This document shows positions 19,601 through 27,562 of a stretch of 64,000 bases of DNA, piece after piece. Made by a program: the position numbers and the translations under genes. Numbering within the stretch: the first letter of the stretch is position 1; the number at the start of each line of letters is the position of its first letter. The notes under the pieces were generated by a model, which was given only the letters and a program-made list of their open reading frames with translations, was not told the DNA's origin and made no database searches. Origin of the DNA: a virus; IMG/VR virus record IMGVR_UViG_3300020173_000008, positions 3,520-67,519 of that record; one strand, 5' to 3'.

Positions 19601-20180
19601 CTCTGGACTCCTCAATTAATGTTAATAAACTTATCTTATACCTATTCTTGTCAATTGTCAAGAACCTTTTATAATCATTCATAAATCTTTTTAGGTCAGG
19701 CCATACAATATCGTCCTCTAATAGTTTATCCCAATTGTCACTGAAAGATACTAACTCATCTAGAATGATGAGCGTCTCTAGTGATACACGCCCACCCAGA
19801 AACTCCTTGAGAAGTTTCGGGTGGTTGTGTTTCTTCACCTCAAACAGTGGTTCGAATTCCTTCACAAGTGGAGTCATCTCAACCACAAACATATCAAAAA
19901 AGTTACCCCGCTTCAACTTCCATGAGTTATAGTTCTCATCATTGAAGTTGGCGATGTAACCCTTCCTGTCCTTGATGAAGTTGGACAGAAAGTAATTCTT
20001 GACTTCCTCTTCTGACTTATATTTTCTGGATAGACGCACGAAGAACCCACGGTCCTTGCGCTTATAGAATGTGTCTCTGGAAATGCGAGTCTTACCTTTG
20101 TACTTCACAAAGTCATAATCAGTCTTTCCAAAATGCGCCTTGAAGGCACAGTACATCAAATATATGTCAATCGGTTCCAT
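19587..20180 (-). CDS. 59: Helicase loader gp59
   Basis: Y.AFKAHF...YDFVKY.GK, F.KRKD..FF, SLETLIILD. Confidence 0.88.
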   Translation of the reverse strand: MEPIDIYLMYCAFKAHFGKTDYDFVKYKGKTRISRDTFYKRKDRGFFVRLSRKYKSEEEVKNYFLSNFIKDRKGYIANFNDENYNSWKLKRGNFFDMFVVEMTPLVKEFEPLFEVKKHNHPKLLKEFLGGRVSLETLIILDELVSFSDNWDKLLEDDIVWPDLKRFMNDYKRFLTIDKNRYKISLLTLIEESRDGSC

Positions 20181-20313
20181 TACAGATACGCTTCGATACC
20201 CAATCAGTTAGAATGTTAGGAAATACCCCGTGAATAAAAAGAACAATACCCATTGACCACGCATGAAAGAGGTGTTTGAAATAGGTGGTGTTCTGTTCTT
20301 TAAGATGACTCAT
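20167..20313 (-). CDS. Small membrane protein (48 aa, not in the ORF track)
   Basis: MSHLKEQNTTYFKHLFHAWSMGIVLFIHGVFPNIL...; overlaps the gp33 stop. Confidence 0.6.
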   Translation of the reverse strand: MSHLKEQNTTYFKHLFHAWSMGIVLFIHGVFPNILTDWVSKRICNGTD

Positions 20314-20528
20314 ACGGGTAACTTAGCTGTTCTTGGTAAAAAATTTAGTTCCCTCGCATTTGCCTCAATCTTCTCTTTGAGACTTTTTGAGATAAGGTTC
20401 CCGACTGTATCGGGTTCGATGCCTTGTTTGTAACAATAATCTAGTACTGCCTCCATGTGGGTAATACCCTTTTCATTAGCAATCCTTTCAATCTCAAGAG
20501 AGAAAGATTTAGCAGTGTTCAAAGTCAT
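20310..20528 (-). CDS. 33: Late promoter transcription co-activator gp33
   Basis: FSLEIE, AVLDYC, ISKSLKEKIEANA..LNFL; upstream of gp59. Confidence 0.9.
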   Translation of the reverse strand: MTLNTAKSFSLEIERIANEKGITHMEAVLDYCYKQGIEPDTVGNLISKSLKEKIEANARELNFLPRTAKLPV

Positions 20529-20543
20529 AAGTTCTCCTCTGGT

Positions 20544-20601
20544 AAAAAAAGTTGGGGGCTGACCGTGGACCCCCGCGAGACTATTTCTGGCGTCTAACCC
20601 C
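20544..20601 (-). terminator. Structured element ending in a terminator, upstream of gp33
   Basis: GGGGG...CCCCC-AAC-T7 hairpin preceded by an AGAC/GTCT hairpin. Confidence 0.6.
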
Positions 20602-20607
20602 TATTAT

Positions 20608-20979
20608 TTAGAAGGAATATCGAGTCTTCACTCCAATGGTCTTACCCTGTTCTGTAATGTCAGTATCAACATTGTAAGTACCATATGGTGTAATTGTGAA
20701 AGACTTGGTAATCTCCCAATCATACTTTAGTCCAACTTCAATAGTATCTACTTCGCTGTTGTCCCAATCATAATTTGGAAGTAGGGAAAGAGTAAAACCC
20801 TTTGCACCTGCTTCGATACCAAACTCAGTGTTGGTGGTTTCACCGTCGATGTCATACTCTGTGTCAGTTACGATTGCGAGGTCAACCATGTTCATTGGAT
20901 TTGGTTTCTGTGGTTCATTAGCAAGAGCAGTAGATGAAATACCTAGTGCTGCTACTAGAGTGATGATTGTTTTAGTCAT
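20608..20979 (-). CDS. Putative small outer-membrane beta-barrel protein
   Basis: Signal peptide ending ALA, alternating amphipathic strands, C-terminal Y-x-F (RYSF). Confidence 0.6.
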   Translation of the reverse strand: MTKTIITLVAALGISSTALANEPQKPNPMNMVDLAIVTDTEYDIDGETTNTEFGIEAGAKGFTLSLLPNYDWDNSEVDTIEVGLKYDWEITKSFTITPYGTYNVDTDITEQGKTIGVKTRYSF

Positions 20980-20980
20980 G

Positions 20981-21214
20981 TTAGTCCTTTCTGTTGATGA
21001 ACTCCTGTAGTTTCTCTGCTTGAGAGATAACTTCATCAGGATGGAACATCTTTGGAATGTACTGGTCGAAACTCTTGTACATTTCCTTGTTGTCTTCTGC
21101 TGCCTTCTCAAATGCTTTCCATGCCATAGTGGATGCAGTCTCATACTGTTTGTCAAGCATATCTTTTGCCATAGTCAGAAGATCAAGTCGAATCTCATAA
21201 GGTGTCTTAGCCAT
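20981..21214 (-). CDS. Conserved hypothetical phage protein
   Basis: KTPYEIRLDLL.MAKD...A..L.EFI. Confidence 0.7.
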   Translation of the reverse strand: MAKTPYEIRLDLLTMAKDMLDKQYETASTMAWKAFEKAAEDNKEMYKSFDQYIPKMFHPDEVISQAEKLQEFINRKD

Positions 21215-21216
21215 GA

Positions 21217-21393
21217 TTACTCTCCCGCAAACTTTGCCATCTGACGTAGAGCAGCAGCCTCTTTGGGATACCCCTCACGTTCCATTTCAATTGCGGCACG
21301 AGTGTAACCATATGGTTGCATTTTTTTGAAAATACGATTGAACCAATCGCCAAGACCTGTTTCAAATGTTAGTGTGGAAACGATGAATGTCAT
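21217..21393 (-). CDS. Small hypothetical protein
   Basis: 58 aa, strong AAGGAG SD, directly downstream of the tmRNA. Confidence 0.6.
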   Translation of the reverse strand: MTFIVSTLTFETGLGDWFNRIFKKMQPYGYTRAAIEMEREGYPKEAAALRQMAKFAGE

Positions 21394-21420
21394 TTCTTTC
21401 TCCTTGTGTTTGTGTGTGTT

Positions 21421-21682
21421 GGTGGGTGATTCTGTTGCTAGGACACCCACCGAAACCCCGACACTTACTGCTTACGCAGCAAGGGCCATTGGTGCAAAAT
21501 TATCGTTTGCATTTACTATAGTGGTCTATACGCGACCAACCGTGTAACTCCGAATTCCTATTAACTGCCCGTCGATCCTAGTTCGCCCCCCTCAGAAACA
21601 CACTCAGTAAATGTGCTTGTGGTGGAGGCGGCGGGTACTGCCCCCGCGTCCAGTACAGCGTTGAGTCATCATCAACGTTACC
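21421..21682 (-). ncRNA. ssrA: Circularly permuted two-piece tmRNA (alphaproteobacterial type)
   Basis: Acceptor piece ends CGCCTCCACCA at 21620; 29-nt hairpin spacer; coding piece starts GGGGGCGAA at 21590 (G3:U70); tag ORF 21472-21510 ANDNFAPMALAA*; GCAACAGAA terminal hairpin; TTGACT promoter at 21711-21716. Confidence 0.92.
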
Positions 21683-22028
21683 TGTTATATATAACACTTT
21701 TTCCTTTGAGAGTCAAGGAACTTTTTGTCGCCTTATCCTTATTCACAAATTCCACATCTTTACCTGACCCAATAATACATGCATTACCATTTGCAAAAGA
21801 TTCAATGATGGTAATTCCAGTGTCTCCAACGTACATTAGATTGACAGTATTGTTATCGGGGTCAGACCAATACGCATATGGCTCTTCACCTAGATTTGTA
21901 ACTGCACCCAGAACAATGTTTAACGGCGCACAGAGAACTGGTTTCTGCGTTTGAAAGAAAGATGGTGGTTCCTGTGCAAAGGTTGATGTGCTAAGCAGCA
22001 GTGCTGTTAGGAATGTTAGATACTTCAT
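21678..22028 (-). CDS. Secreted hypothetical protein
   Basis: Signal peptide MKYLTFLTALLLSTSTFA, KPVLC ... ACIIGSG. Confidence 0.6.
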   Translation of the reverse strand: MKYLTFLTALLLSTSTFAQEPPSFFQTQKPVLCAPLNIVLGAVTNLGEEPYAYWSDPDNNTVNLMYVGDTGITIIESFANGNACIIGSGKDVEFVNKDKATKSSLTLKGKSVIYNR

Positions 22029-22698
22029 TACGTCTTCTCCATTCTGCAACGGATTCGACCAACGCATCTAGATAATTGTTTTTGTCCTTAACAAACTCTT
22101 GAACAGTTCCGTCCTCTGTGACTACGAGAATAACTACCTGTGAGATTTCAATCCCTGTTCTCTCTCCGAACATCTCTGCGTATGCAGAGCCTTGAATGTA
22201 ATAACTTTCATTCCAATCATCATTGCGTTCTTTAGAGGATGTCTTGAAGTCAATAATGGAAGGTGTTCCGTCATATTCTGCAATACAATCTACTCTGCCC
22301 GCTACTTTATATTTATCACTGTAAAGACCCGCCTCTTGTGCATAAATGTTATTTAATTTGTGCAATGCACCATCTTTTAGTTGATTGAACAGACACCAAG
22401 GTAGGAAGTTCTTCTTGTGTTCAATCCACTTTTCGGGAAAGTCACGATGCATATTGTTGAGGTAGTCTTCACACATCTGGTGAACCTTAGTACCTCTTGC
22501 TGCAGCAGTTCGTGCAACGTAGTTTGCAACATCGTTACCAACACGTTTACGCCATTCCATCAAACCCTGCTTGTTTCGTACAGATAGTACAGTAGTGATT
22601 GATGGGTACTTGTTACCATCTGGTGTTTCATAGAGACGAACACCATCCTTGTTTGTTGCAGATATAGTAGGCAACTCTACTGGTTCATGATTAAACAT
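21991..22698 (-). CDS. PD-(D/E)xK exonuclease (Cas4/RecB-like phage exonuclease)
   Basis: YPSITTVL, RGTKVH, AGRVDC, IIDFKTS, Q..AYA. Confidence 0.88.
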   Translation of the reverse strand: MFNHEPVELPTISATNKDGVRLYETPDGNKYPSITTVLSVRNKQGLMEWRKRVGNDVANYVARTAAARGTKVHQMCEDYLNNMHRDFPEKWIEHKKNFLPWCLFNQLKDGALHKLNNIYAQEAGLYSDKYKVAGRVDCIAEYDGTPSIIDFKTSSKERNDDWNESYYIQGSAYAEMFGERTGIEISQVVILVVTEDGTVQEFVKDKNNYLDALVESVAEWRRRNEVSNIPNSTAA

Positions 22699-22707
22699 TA
22701 TTAATTT

Positions 22708-23067
22708 CTATTCCTGCAATTCCCACATATTATTAGAATTATTAAAAATTCTAACTGTTCCATCTTCTCCTGTAGTTATGGAAGTTATACCAGAAGATAC
22801 CAGGTAATTATTATATTCCGTCCGTGTCAATAGCCATGCAGGGTCGGGATTATCTCCACTAGGAAGATTTCCTATATAATCTTCTTTAGAAGCCCAAACA
22901 AAAACAGTTGTTTGTACTAAACCATCGTCTGAATAAGTAGCATCTTCTATACTAACCTTTCCTGATGATTGTAAGTTCGCGTAACCATTTATTCCCAAAT
23001 AGCTATTAGGCCATTCAATTGAAGTGTTAGGTCTTGTCATAACCCTTGTTACTGTATAAGTTGACAT
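22708..23067 (-). CDS. Hypothetical protein
   Basis: 119 aa, AT-rich, GGAG SD. Confidence 0.55.
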   Translation of the reverse strand: MSTYTVTRVMTRPNTSIEWPNSYLGINGYANLQSSGKVSIEDATYSDDGLVQTTVFVWASKEDYIGNLPSGDNPDPAWLLTRTEYNNYLVSSGITSITTGEDGTVRIFNNSNNMWELQE

Positions 23068-23098
23068 ATCTATTCTCCGTTTATCATGTATTTAGTAT

Positions 23099-23542
23099 TT
23101 ATGATAATGATCGAATCCTCTCAACGAGTCGTTCTGCTCTTGCCCCTACTTGACGATACCAACGCGAGTCTACCATCTGGTCTGCTGCTTCGTTCCAATC
23201 CCTTGCGTCTACACCCGCTTTCATACCCTTGAAGGCAGACAGACGAGGACGACCAAGATTGAACATCATGTTTGCAATCACTTGTTGAACTTCTTCTGGC
23301 AACTCATCGAAGTCTGGATAAAGGACGGCGCAGTCTGACAATACTGTTTGGACATCTTGCTCGAAGGCCTCAATGACTCTATCGTCCGATACTGGTGTTC
23401 CGATGTCAGCACCATATTCGGGGTCAGACTCAAGAACCAGATGGCCAATGCCAAAAGTAGCATACCCAAGGTGATCGTTATATAATTCATATACACATCC
23501 CTCGTCAATTTTAAGTTGTTCTCTAAGTTTTTCAATATCCAT
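23099..23542 (-). CDS. Lysozyme (GH24, T4 e-like endolysin)
   Basis: DEG...Y.DHLGY.T.GIGHL, NMMFNLG, DSRWYRQV..RA.R. Confidence 0.9.
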   Translation of the reverse strand: MDIEKLREQLKIDEGCVYELYNDHLGYATFGIGHLVLESDPEYGADIGTPVSDDRVIEAFEQDVQTVLSDCAVLYPDFDELPEEVQQVIANMMFNLGRPRLSAFKGMKAGVDARDWNEAADQMVDSRWYRQVGARAERLVERIRSLS

Positions 23543-24249
23543 TAGTCCATTCCTAGTCCCATTTTGATTTTGTTGATTAAATAGTTTCGTACAAATCCAG
23601 AGCGTACAATGTCTCCAATGCTGAACTCTGTACAGTTAAATTCGTCCATCTCTTCCAGAATGCGAAGGAAGTCATGTAGTCCATTCCTGTCATTCGTTCT
23701 CTGTAAATCACTCTGGTCAAAGTCACCACAGAACACGATACGAGAGTCTTGCCCAATACGAGTGATGATTGTATCCAGTTCGTGGAAGTTCATGTTTTGA
23801 CATTCATCTACTATAACAATAGAGTTATCAAATGTCAACCCTCTTAGGAAAGAAGTTGACAAAAAGTAGAGTGAACCCTGACCCTTTAGACGATCATACA
23901 AATTATTGAATGACTGTTCGTTTGGCATCTCAAACATGAACTGAACCATGTTCTGATACGGCACCTGATACAGTGCAGACTTATCTTCCTCATCGCCGGG
24001 AAGGAACCCAATCTCTCTTGTTGGAATGAGAGAACGGACGATAATGACTCGTTCGTACTTGGACTTCAAATCGAGAACTGAGTTGAGTGCGAGATAGAGT
24101 GATGCAAAGGTCTTACCTGTTCCTGCCGCACCAAATAGGAATTGGTTTTTACCCTTATTCCATGTATCAAACACAACTTTCTGACTGTCTGTAATGGGTT
24201 TGACAGTTACGAGTTGGGAATGATTGATTTCTTTATTCTTACTGGCCAT
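23542..24249 (-). CDS. phoH: PhoH-like ATPase
   Basis: GAAGTGKT, IGFLPG, FLRGLTF, VDECQN, GDFDQSD, DIVRSG. Confidence 0.95.
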   Translation of the reverse strand: MASKNKEINHSQLVTVKPITDSQKVVFDTWNKGKNQFLFGAAGTGKTFASLYLALNSVLDLKSKYERVIIVRSLIPTREIGFLPGDEEDKSALYQVPYQNMVQFMFEMPNEQSFNNLYDRLKGQGSLYFLSTSFLRGLTFDNSIVIVDECQNMNFHELDTIITRIGQDSRIVFCGDFDQSDLQRTNDRNGLHDFLRILEEMDEFNCTEFSIGDIVRSGFVRNYLINKIKMGLGMD

Positions 24250-24265
24250 AACAATCCTTTAGAGA

Positions 24266-24383
24266 GAAAAAGAGGGGGGAGTGGGGGCGCGCCTTCCCCC
24301 CTCTGACACATGGGCGGAGTGACTTCCCAGCTTGCGTAGACGCTGTGCATCCCTTGCTGAAGTTTGATTTCTCGCCCGTGTCA
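24266..24383 (-). ncRNA. Candidate structured ncRNA with intrinsic terminator
   Basis: Late promoter TATAAATA 24388-24395; rod-like hairpin TGACAC...GTGTCA 24304-24383; terminator GAGGGGGGA/TCCCCCCTC followed by a T run. Confidence 0.65.
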
Positions 24384-24390
24384 ATTTTAT

Positions 24391-24699
24391 TTATATAACT
24401 CCGTGCTTCTTAAGCACATTTCTTGTCTGAATTTCTTTAGTAGATTGTGTGCTACTTGAACCGTAACGATCTGCAAGAGGTGTGCCTGGATTTGCCTCAG
24501 CAATACGTTGCATGTTCTCTGTAAATCCACCATCTACCTTTGGACCCACACCCATCATGTGGTCACCAGCAATTGCCACTGGCACGGGAATCTGTTGCAC
24601 TTGAGGATTGAGTTTCTTATACTCATCAAGTTCAGCCATGGGCATAAACTCGTCATACTCTTCCTGTGTCACAGTATCATAAAACCTATATGTCGGCAT
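24391..24699 (-). CDS. FmdB-like conserved phage protein
   Basis: MPTYRFYD..T.EE, NP.VQQI, DGGF. Confidence 0.7.
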   Translation of the reverse strand: MPTYRFYDTVTQEEYDEFMPMAELDEYKKLNPQVQQIPVPVAIAGDHMMGVGPKVDGGFTENMQRIAEANPGTPLADRYGSSSTQSTKEIQTRNVLKKHGVI

Positions 24700-24896
24700 T
24701 ATACGTCTAACTCCAATTGTACTGGTCCATACTTTCTCAAGTCATGTAACTCTTCAGACAGTTCCTTCACACGCAGTTGTAGATAATGTATCTGTTTCTG
24801 CATCTGTGCTATTTCAGTTTTATAGGTTTCTTCAGGCACTAACCGATCCTCCTTCAACCGGCGTCCCATGTACTCCCAATACGGTTCTCTCTCCAT
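24699..24896 (-). CDS. Small coiled-coil hypothetical protein
   Basis: MEREPYWEYMGRRL...QLELDV. Confidence 0.55.
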   Translation of the reverse strand: MEREPYWEYMGRRLKEDRLVPEETYKTEIAQMQKQIHYLQLRVKELSEELHDLRKYGPVQLELDV

Positions 24897-25386
24897 CAGG
24901 TGTCCCACCATTAAACCACTCCGGCATAGGGCGTTTCTTCCATTTCGCGAAACGCATTTTCTCTAGTATATAGTAGTTTCGATATGCAAGAACAGTGTCA
25001 TCACCTTTGCAATAATCAGGCATACACTGAGGTGGATCAATGAAACCAACATTTGCAATATTCTCAGGAACCTTAGAGAGCGCACCGACTAGTCGTTCAC
25101 TTGCATGATGCTTACCATAACGGAAGGTATACTCTTTAAGAAGATAGTGAAACAGGTCATACAGCCACAGATATTGTTCCATAGATGCACGAGTCCAGAT
25201 TGTAGATGGATGGTTCTTGTGCGCCAGTTTGTATAGACCCATTGCATCTGCATACTCATCACCATCAAGAACACGATGTGCAGTTGATAGCATCTGAGCA
25301 GTCTCCAAAATCATCTTCACCACATGCTTGTCACAATGCAGCTGTGCTGCTGTCTCAGCGTCTTTCGAAAGATAGAAAATATTCAC
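24832..25386 (-). CDS. Pyrimidine-dimer DNA glycosylase-like (DenV-related) protein
   Basis: MNIFYL, HCDKHVVKMILETAQMLST, HKNHPSTIW, EYTFRYGK.H, PPQCMPD. Confidence 0.8.
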   Translation of the reverse strand: MNIFYLSKDAETAAQLHCDKHVVKMILETAQMLSTAHRVLDGDEYADAMGLYKLAHKNHPSTIWTRASMEQYLWLYDLFHYLLKEYTFRYGKHHASERLVGALSKVPENIANVGFIDPPQCMPDYCKGDDTVLAYRNYYILEKMRFAKWKKRPMPEWFNGGTPDGERTVLGVHGTPVEGGSVSA

Positions 25387-25516
25387 GGTTTAACCTTCAC
25401 CTTATGGCTGCAATAATGCCAACACAACGCACATCCAGAAGTTTTAAATCTGGCAATTCTACGTTCTTTCCAATGTTTAATTCTTTCCCTCATTGTAGGG
25501 ACTTGTTTACTCATCT

Positions 25517-26023
25517 TCACTTCTCCCATTTATAAAAGATATGGTCACCAATTTCGACTGTCATAGTCTTAGTCTTTGCCCATGCAGGGGTGACATAATC
25601 TGCATGGTAATGAGTTGCACCATCCGTGATATCATAGAATGGCAGTTCGTTTGATAGGATTGCGTCTGCAAGACTTAGCATTTCGTTGTATGTATTCTTG
25701 TTCTTTGGATTGTCTGATTGACCATCACAGAACCATGAGAACTGACAACGATGCTTGATTGGAATTCTTACATTCGGGTCTTTCCATGACTTACGAGTTG
25801 GACCTTCTTCGACAACCTCACAGATTGAGTTGGGGAACCTATCGTCATTCACACGATTGAGAACAACCGCAGTGACTGCCATCCAACCAGCAGTCCCTTG
25901 GTTCCTTGCCTCGTAATACATATTCTTTGCGAGACAGATTGCAGACTCGTCATACTTTGGTTGTGGGGACATTGTTGAACCAACAACAACTGTCCCGATC
26001 ACCAGTGCCTCAAGTGGATTCAT
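25517..26023 (-). CDS. SleB/Hydrolase_2 cell-wall hydrolase
   Basis: CLA.N.YYEAR, VVLNRV, CQFSW, GATHYHA.YV.P.W, IGDHIFY. Confidence 0.9.
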   Translation of the reverse strand: MNPLEALVIGTVVVGSTMSPQPKYDESAICLAKNMYYEARNQGTAGWMAVTAVVLNRVNDDRFPNSICEVVEEGPTRKSWKDPNVRIPIKHRCQFSWFCDGQSDNPKNKNTYNEMLSLADAILSNELPFYDITDGATHYHADYVTPAWAKTKTMTVEIGDHIFYKWEK

Positions 26024-26199
26024 ACCTCACCCAACTGTTCAGTGAGATACTGTTTGGCATACTTTGTTGCTTCAGTGCTTTTGAAGTACATCCCAACATC
26101 CTCAACCACCTCATCAACAGTGAATTCAGAGGGACCACCGTAAAAATATCCATTACAGAAATCTTCGATATCCATCATGAAGTTTTTCATCTGACTCAT
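26020..26199 (-). CDS. Small hypothetical protein (59 aa, not in the ORF track)
   Basis: MSQMKNFMMDIEDFCNG...; coupled to both neighbours. Confidence 0.55.
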   Translation of the reverse strand: MSQMKNFMMDIEDFCNGYFYGGPSEFTVDEVVEDVGMYFKSTEATKYAKQYLTEQLGEV

Positions 26200-26657
26200 T
26201 ACTTAATTCCTTTCACTTCCATATATGCTTTGGTCAGCGGACCCTGCAACTTGTATGCCTCAATCTCCCAAGGCTGGTCAATGTACTTCACATTCATGAA
26301 GTTGCGATACTTACCATCCTCACACTTCCAGAGATTCCGATAACCACCACGCCACCGTTCAATGATCCGTCCCGTTGCCCACTGCCAAACGTGAACCATC
26401 TCATGAACAATCGTTTCGATGAACTCTTCCTTGCTGACCAGACGACTCAGGCGATGGTCAATCTCAAGGATGAGGTGTCGAGTATCATCACCAACAGTAC
26501 ACCAACCCTGAGCACCATCTTCCATCGTCTTGCAGAAACGAACCTCTACCTCAAGGTTACGAATGCGGGGCATCAGTACAGTAATCATCGACCACACAAT
26601 GTCTTCAGCAAGAACCCTGTCTTTCTTCAGACCACCTGTAACATCAACACTAATCAT
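26199..26657 (-). CDS. HExxH zinc metalloprotease-like early protein
   Basis: TIVHEMVHVWQ, PWEIEAY. Confidence 0.75.
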   Translation of the reverse strand: MISVDVTGGLKKDRVLAEDIVWSMITVLMPRIRNLEVEVRFCKTMEDGAQGWCTVGDDTRHLILEIDHRLSRLVSKEEFIETIVHEMVHVWQWATGRIIERWRGGYRNLWKCEDGKYRNFMNVKYIDQPWEIEAYKLQGPLTKAYMEVKGIK

Positions 26658-26668
26658 GACAACCTCAT

Positions 26669-26714
26669 CTCTTGATTATGTCTTATAGTACCATACTTGA
26701 TTCTTTTTGTCAAC
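26669..26714 (-). promoter_or_regulatory. Early promoter cassette 5
   Basis: TTGACA 26708-26713, TACTAT 26685-26690, leader AAGACATAATCAAGAG. Confidence 0.8.
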
Positions 26715-26802
26715 CCCTAAAATACAACGAGAGCAAACCATCCCGCCGCAAATAGGGTTAACATGAACAGGGTTTCAATCGCAACAGTCACAATTTTCTT
26801 CA

Positions 26803-27051
26803 TCAGATAATCCTCTCAAGAGTCAATTCTACATCGCCGGTCATGGCAAACTCATCAACAAACTTGTCGGAAAACTCTACATACCCATCAAAGTCGTCAC
26901 CAATGTCTTTTCCAATCGACTTCTCATAGGCACGAATTAACCACGAAGAATCTACAACATGAAAGGGAGACTTTTTAGTCCCAACATCAACAATGGGGTT
27001 GATGTCTAGCAAATCACCCATGATTTCCCGAACCGAAACTTCTTTAGTCAT
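26803..27051 (-). CDS. Hypothetical early protein
   Basis: MTKEVSVRE..., GAGG SD after cassette 6. Confidence 0.6.
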   Translation of the reverse strand: MTKEVSVREIMGDLLDINPIVDVGTKKSPFHVVDSSWLIRAYEKSIGKDIGDDFDGYVEFSDKFVDEFAMTGDVELTLERII

Positions 27052-27060
27052 AACAACCTC

Positions 27061-27106
27061 TCTCTGATTATGATTAACTATACCACACAAAAAGGAATCT
27101 GTCAAC
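27061..27106 (-). promoter_or_regulatory. Early promoter cassette 6
   Basis: TTGACA 27100-27105, TATAGT 27077-27082, leader TAATCATAATCAGAGA. Confidence 0.85.
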
Positions 27107-27121
27107 CCCTAAAATGACCCC

Positions 27122-27472
27122 CTAGAGATAAAGAGGGCCAGTCCAGTTGATGGTGTAACCACCGTCGAGGATATTTCCCCGTGCTTTGTTCCGAGCAGGA
27201 GCAGCCCAACCAGCGGCTTTCAGAATATCACCCTTCCGAAACTTCTTATCGTTATCGGTGTTGACAACAAAACCCCAAACGCTACCACCTTCGGTGAATA
27301 CCTTGATGTACTTAGTTCCCACCTTGTAGGTGATTTTCTCGTTGAACTCATCGATCATCGTCTTATTGGTTTCCGTCAAAGCGTCTAGACCCTTGGCACC
27401 AGCACACCGTGTGGTCCAGTTGAGGTAGTCTGCTTTGATGTTCTCAATCAGGGTGGTCATTTCGTTGTTCAT
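27122..27472 (-). CDS. Conserved hypothetical early protein
   Basis: G.KYIKV, SVWGFV, GDILKAAGW.APARN.ARGNI, WTGPLYL. Confidence 0.75.
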   Translation of the reverse strand: MNNEMTTLIENIKADYLNWTTRCAGAKGLDALTETNKTMIDEFNEKITYKVGTKYIKVFTEGGSVWGFVVNTDNDKKFRKGDILKAAGWAAPARNKARGNILDGGYTINWTGPLYL

Positions 27473-27486
27473 GTCTCTTCCTTTGT

Positions 27487-27534
27487 TTTCTCAGTGTATA
27501 ACTAACTATACCATACGGATTCGGATATGTCAAC
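27487..27534 (-). promoter_or_regulatory. Early promoter cassette 7 (type B leader)
   Basis: TTGACA 27528-27533, TATAGT 27505-27510, leader identical to cassette 4. Confidence 0.85.
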
Positions 27535-27562
27535 AAAAAAATGACCTATTTTGAAAGTTTTT

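Noticed and set aside
20980-21156. 182-aa version of the OMP-like ORF
   Set aside because: The extension overlaps the real gene 20981-21214 in another frame. The signal peptide and SD place the start at 20979.
21991-22698. Cas4-like nuclease as a sign of CRISPR-Cas
   Set aside because: This is a common stand-alone T4-like exonuclease. No repeat-spacer array or other cas genes are seen in the window.
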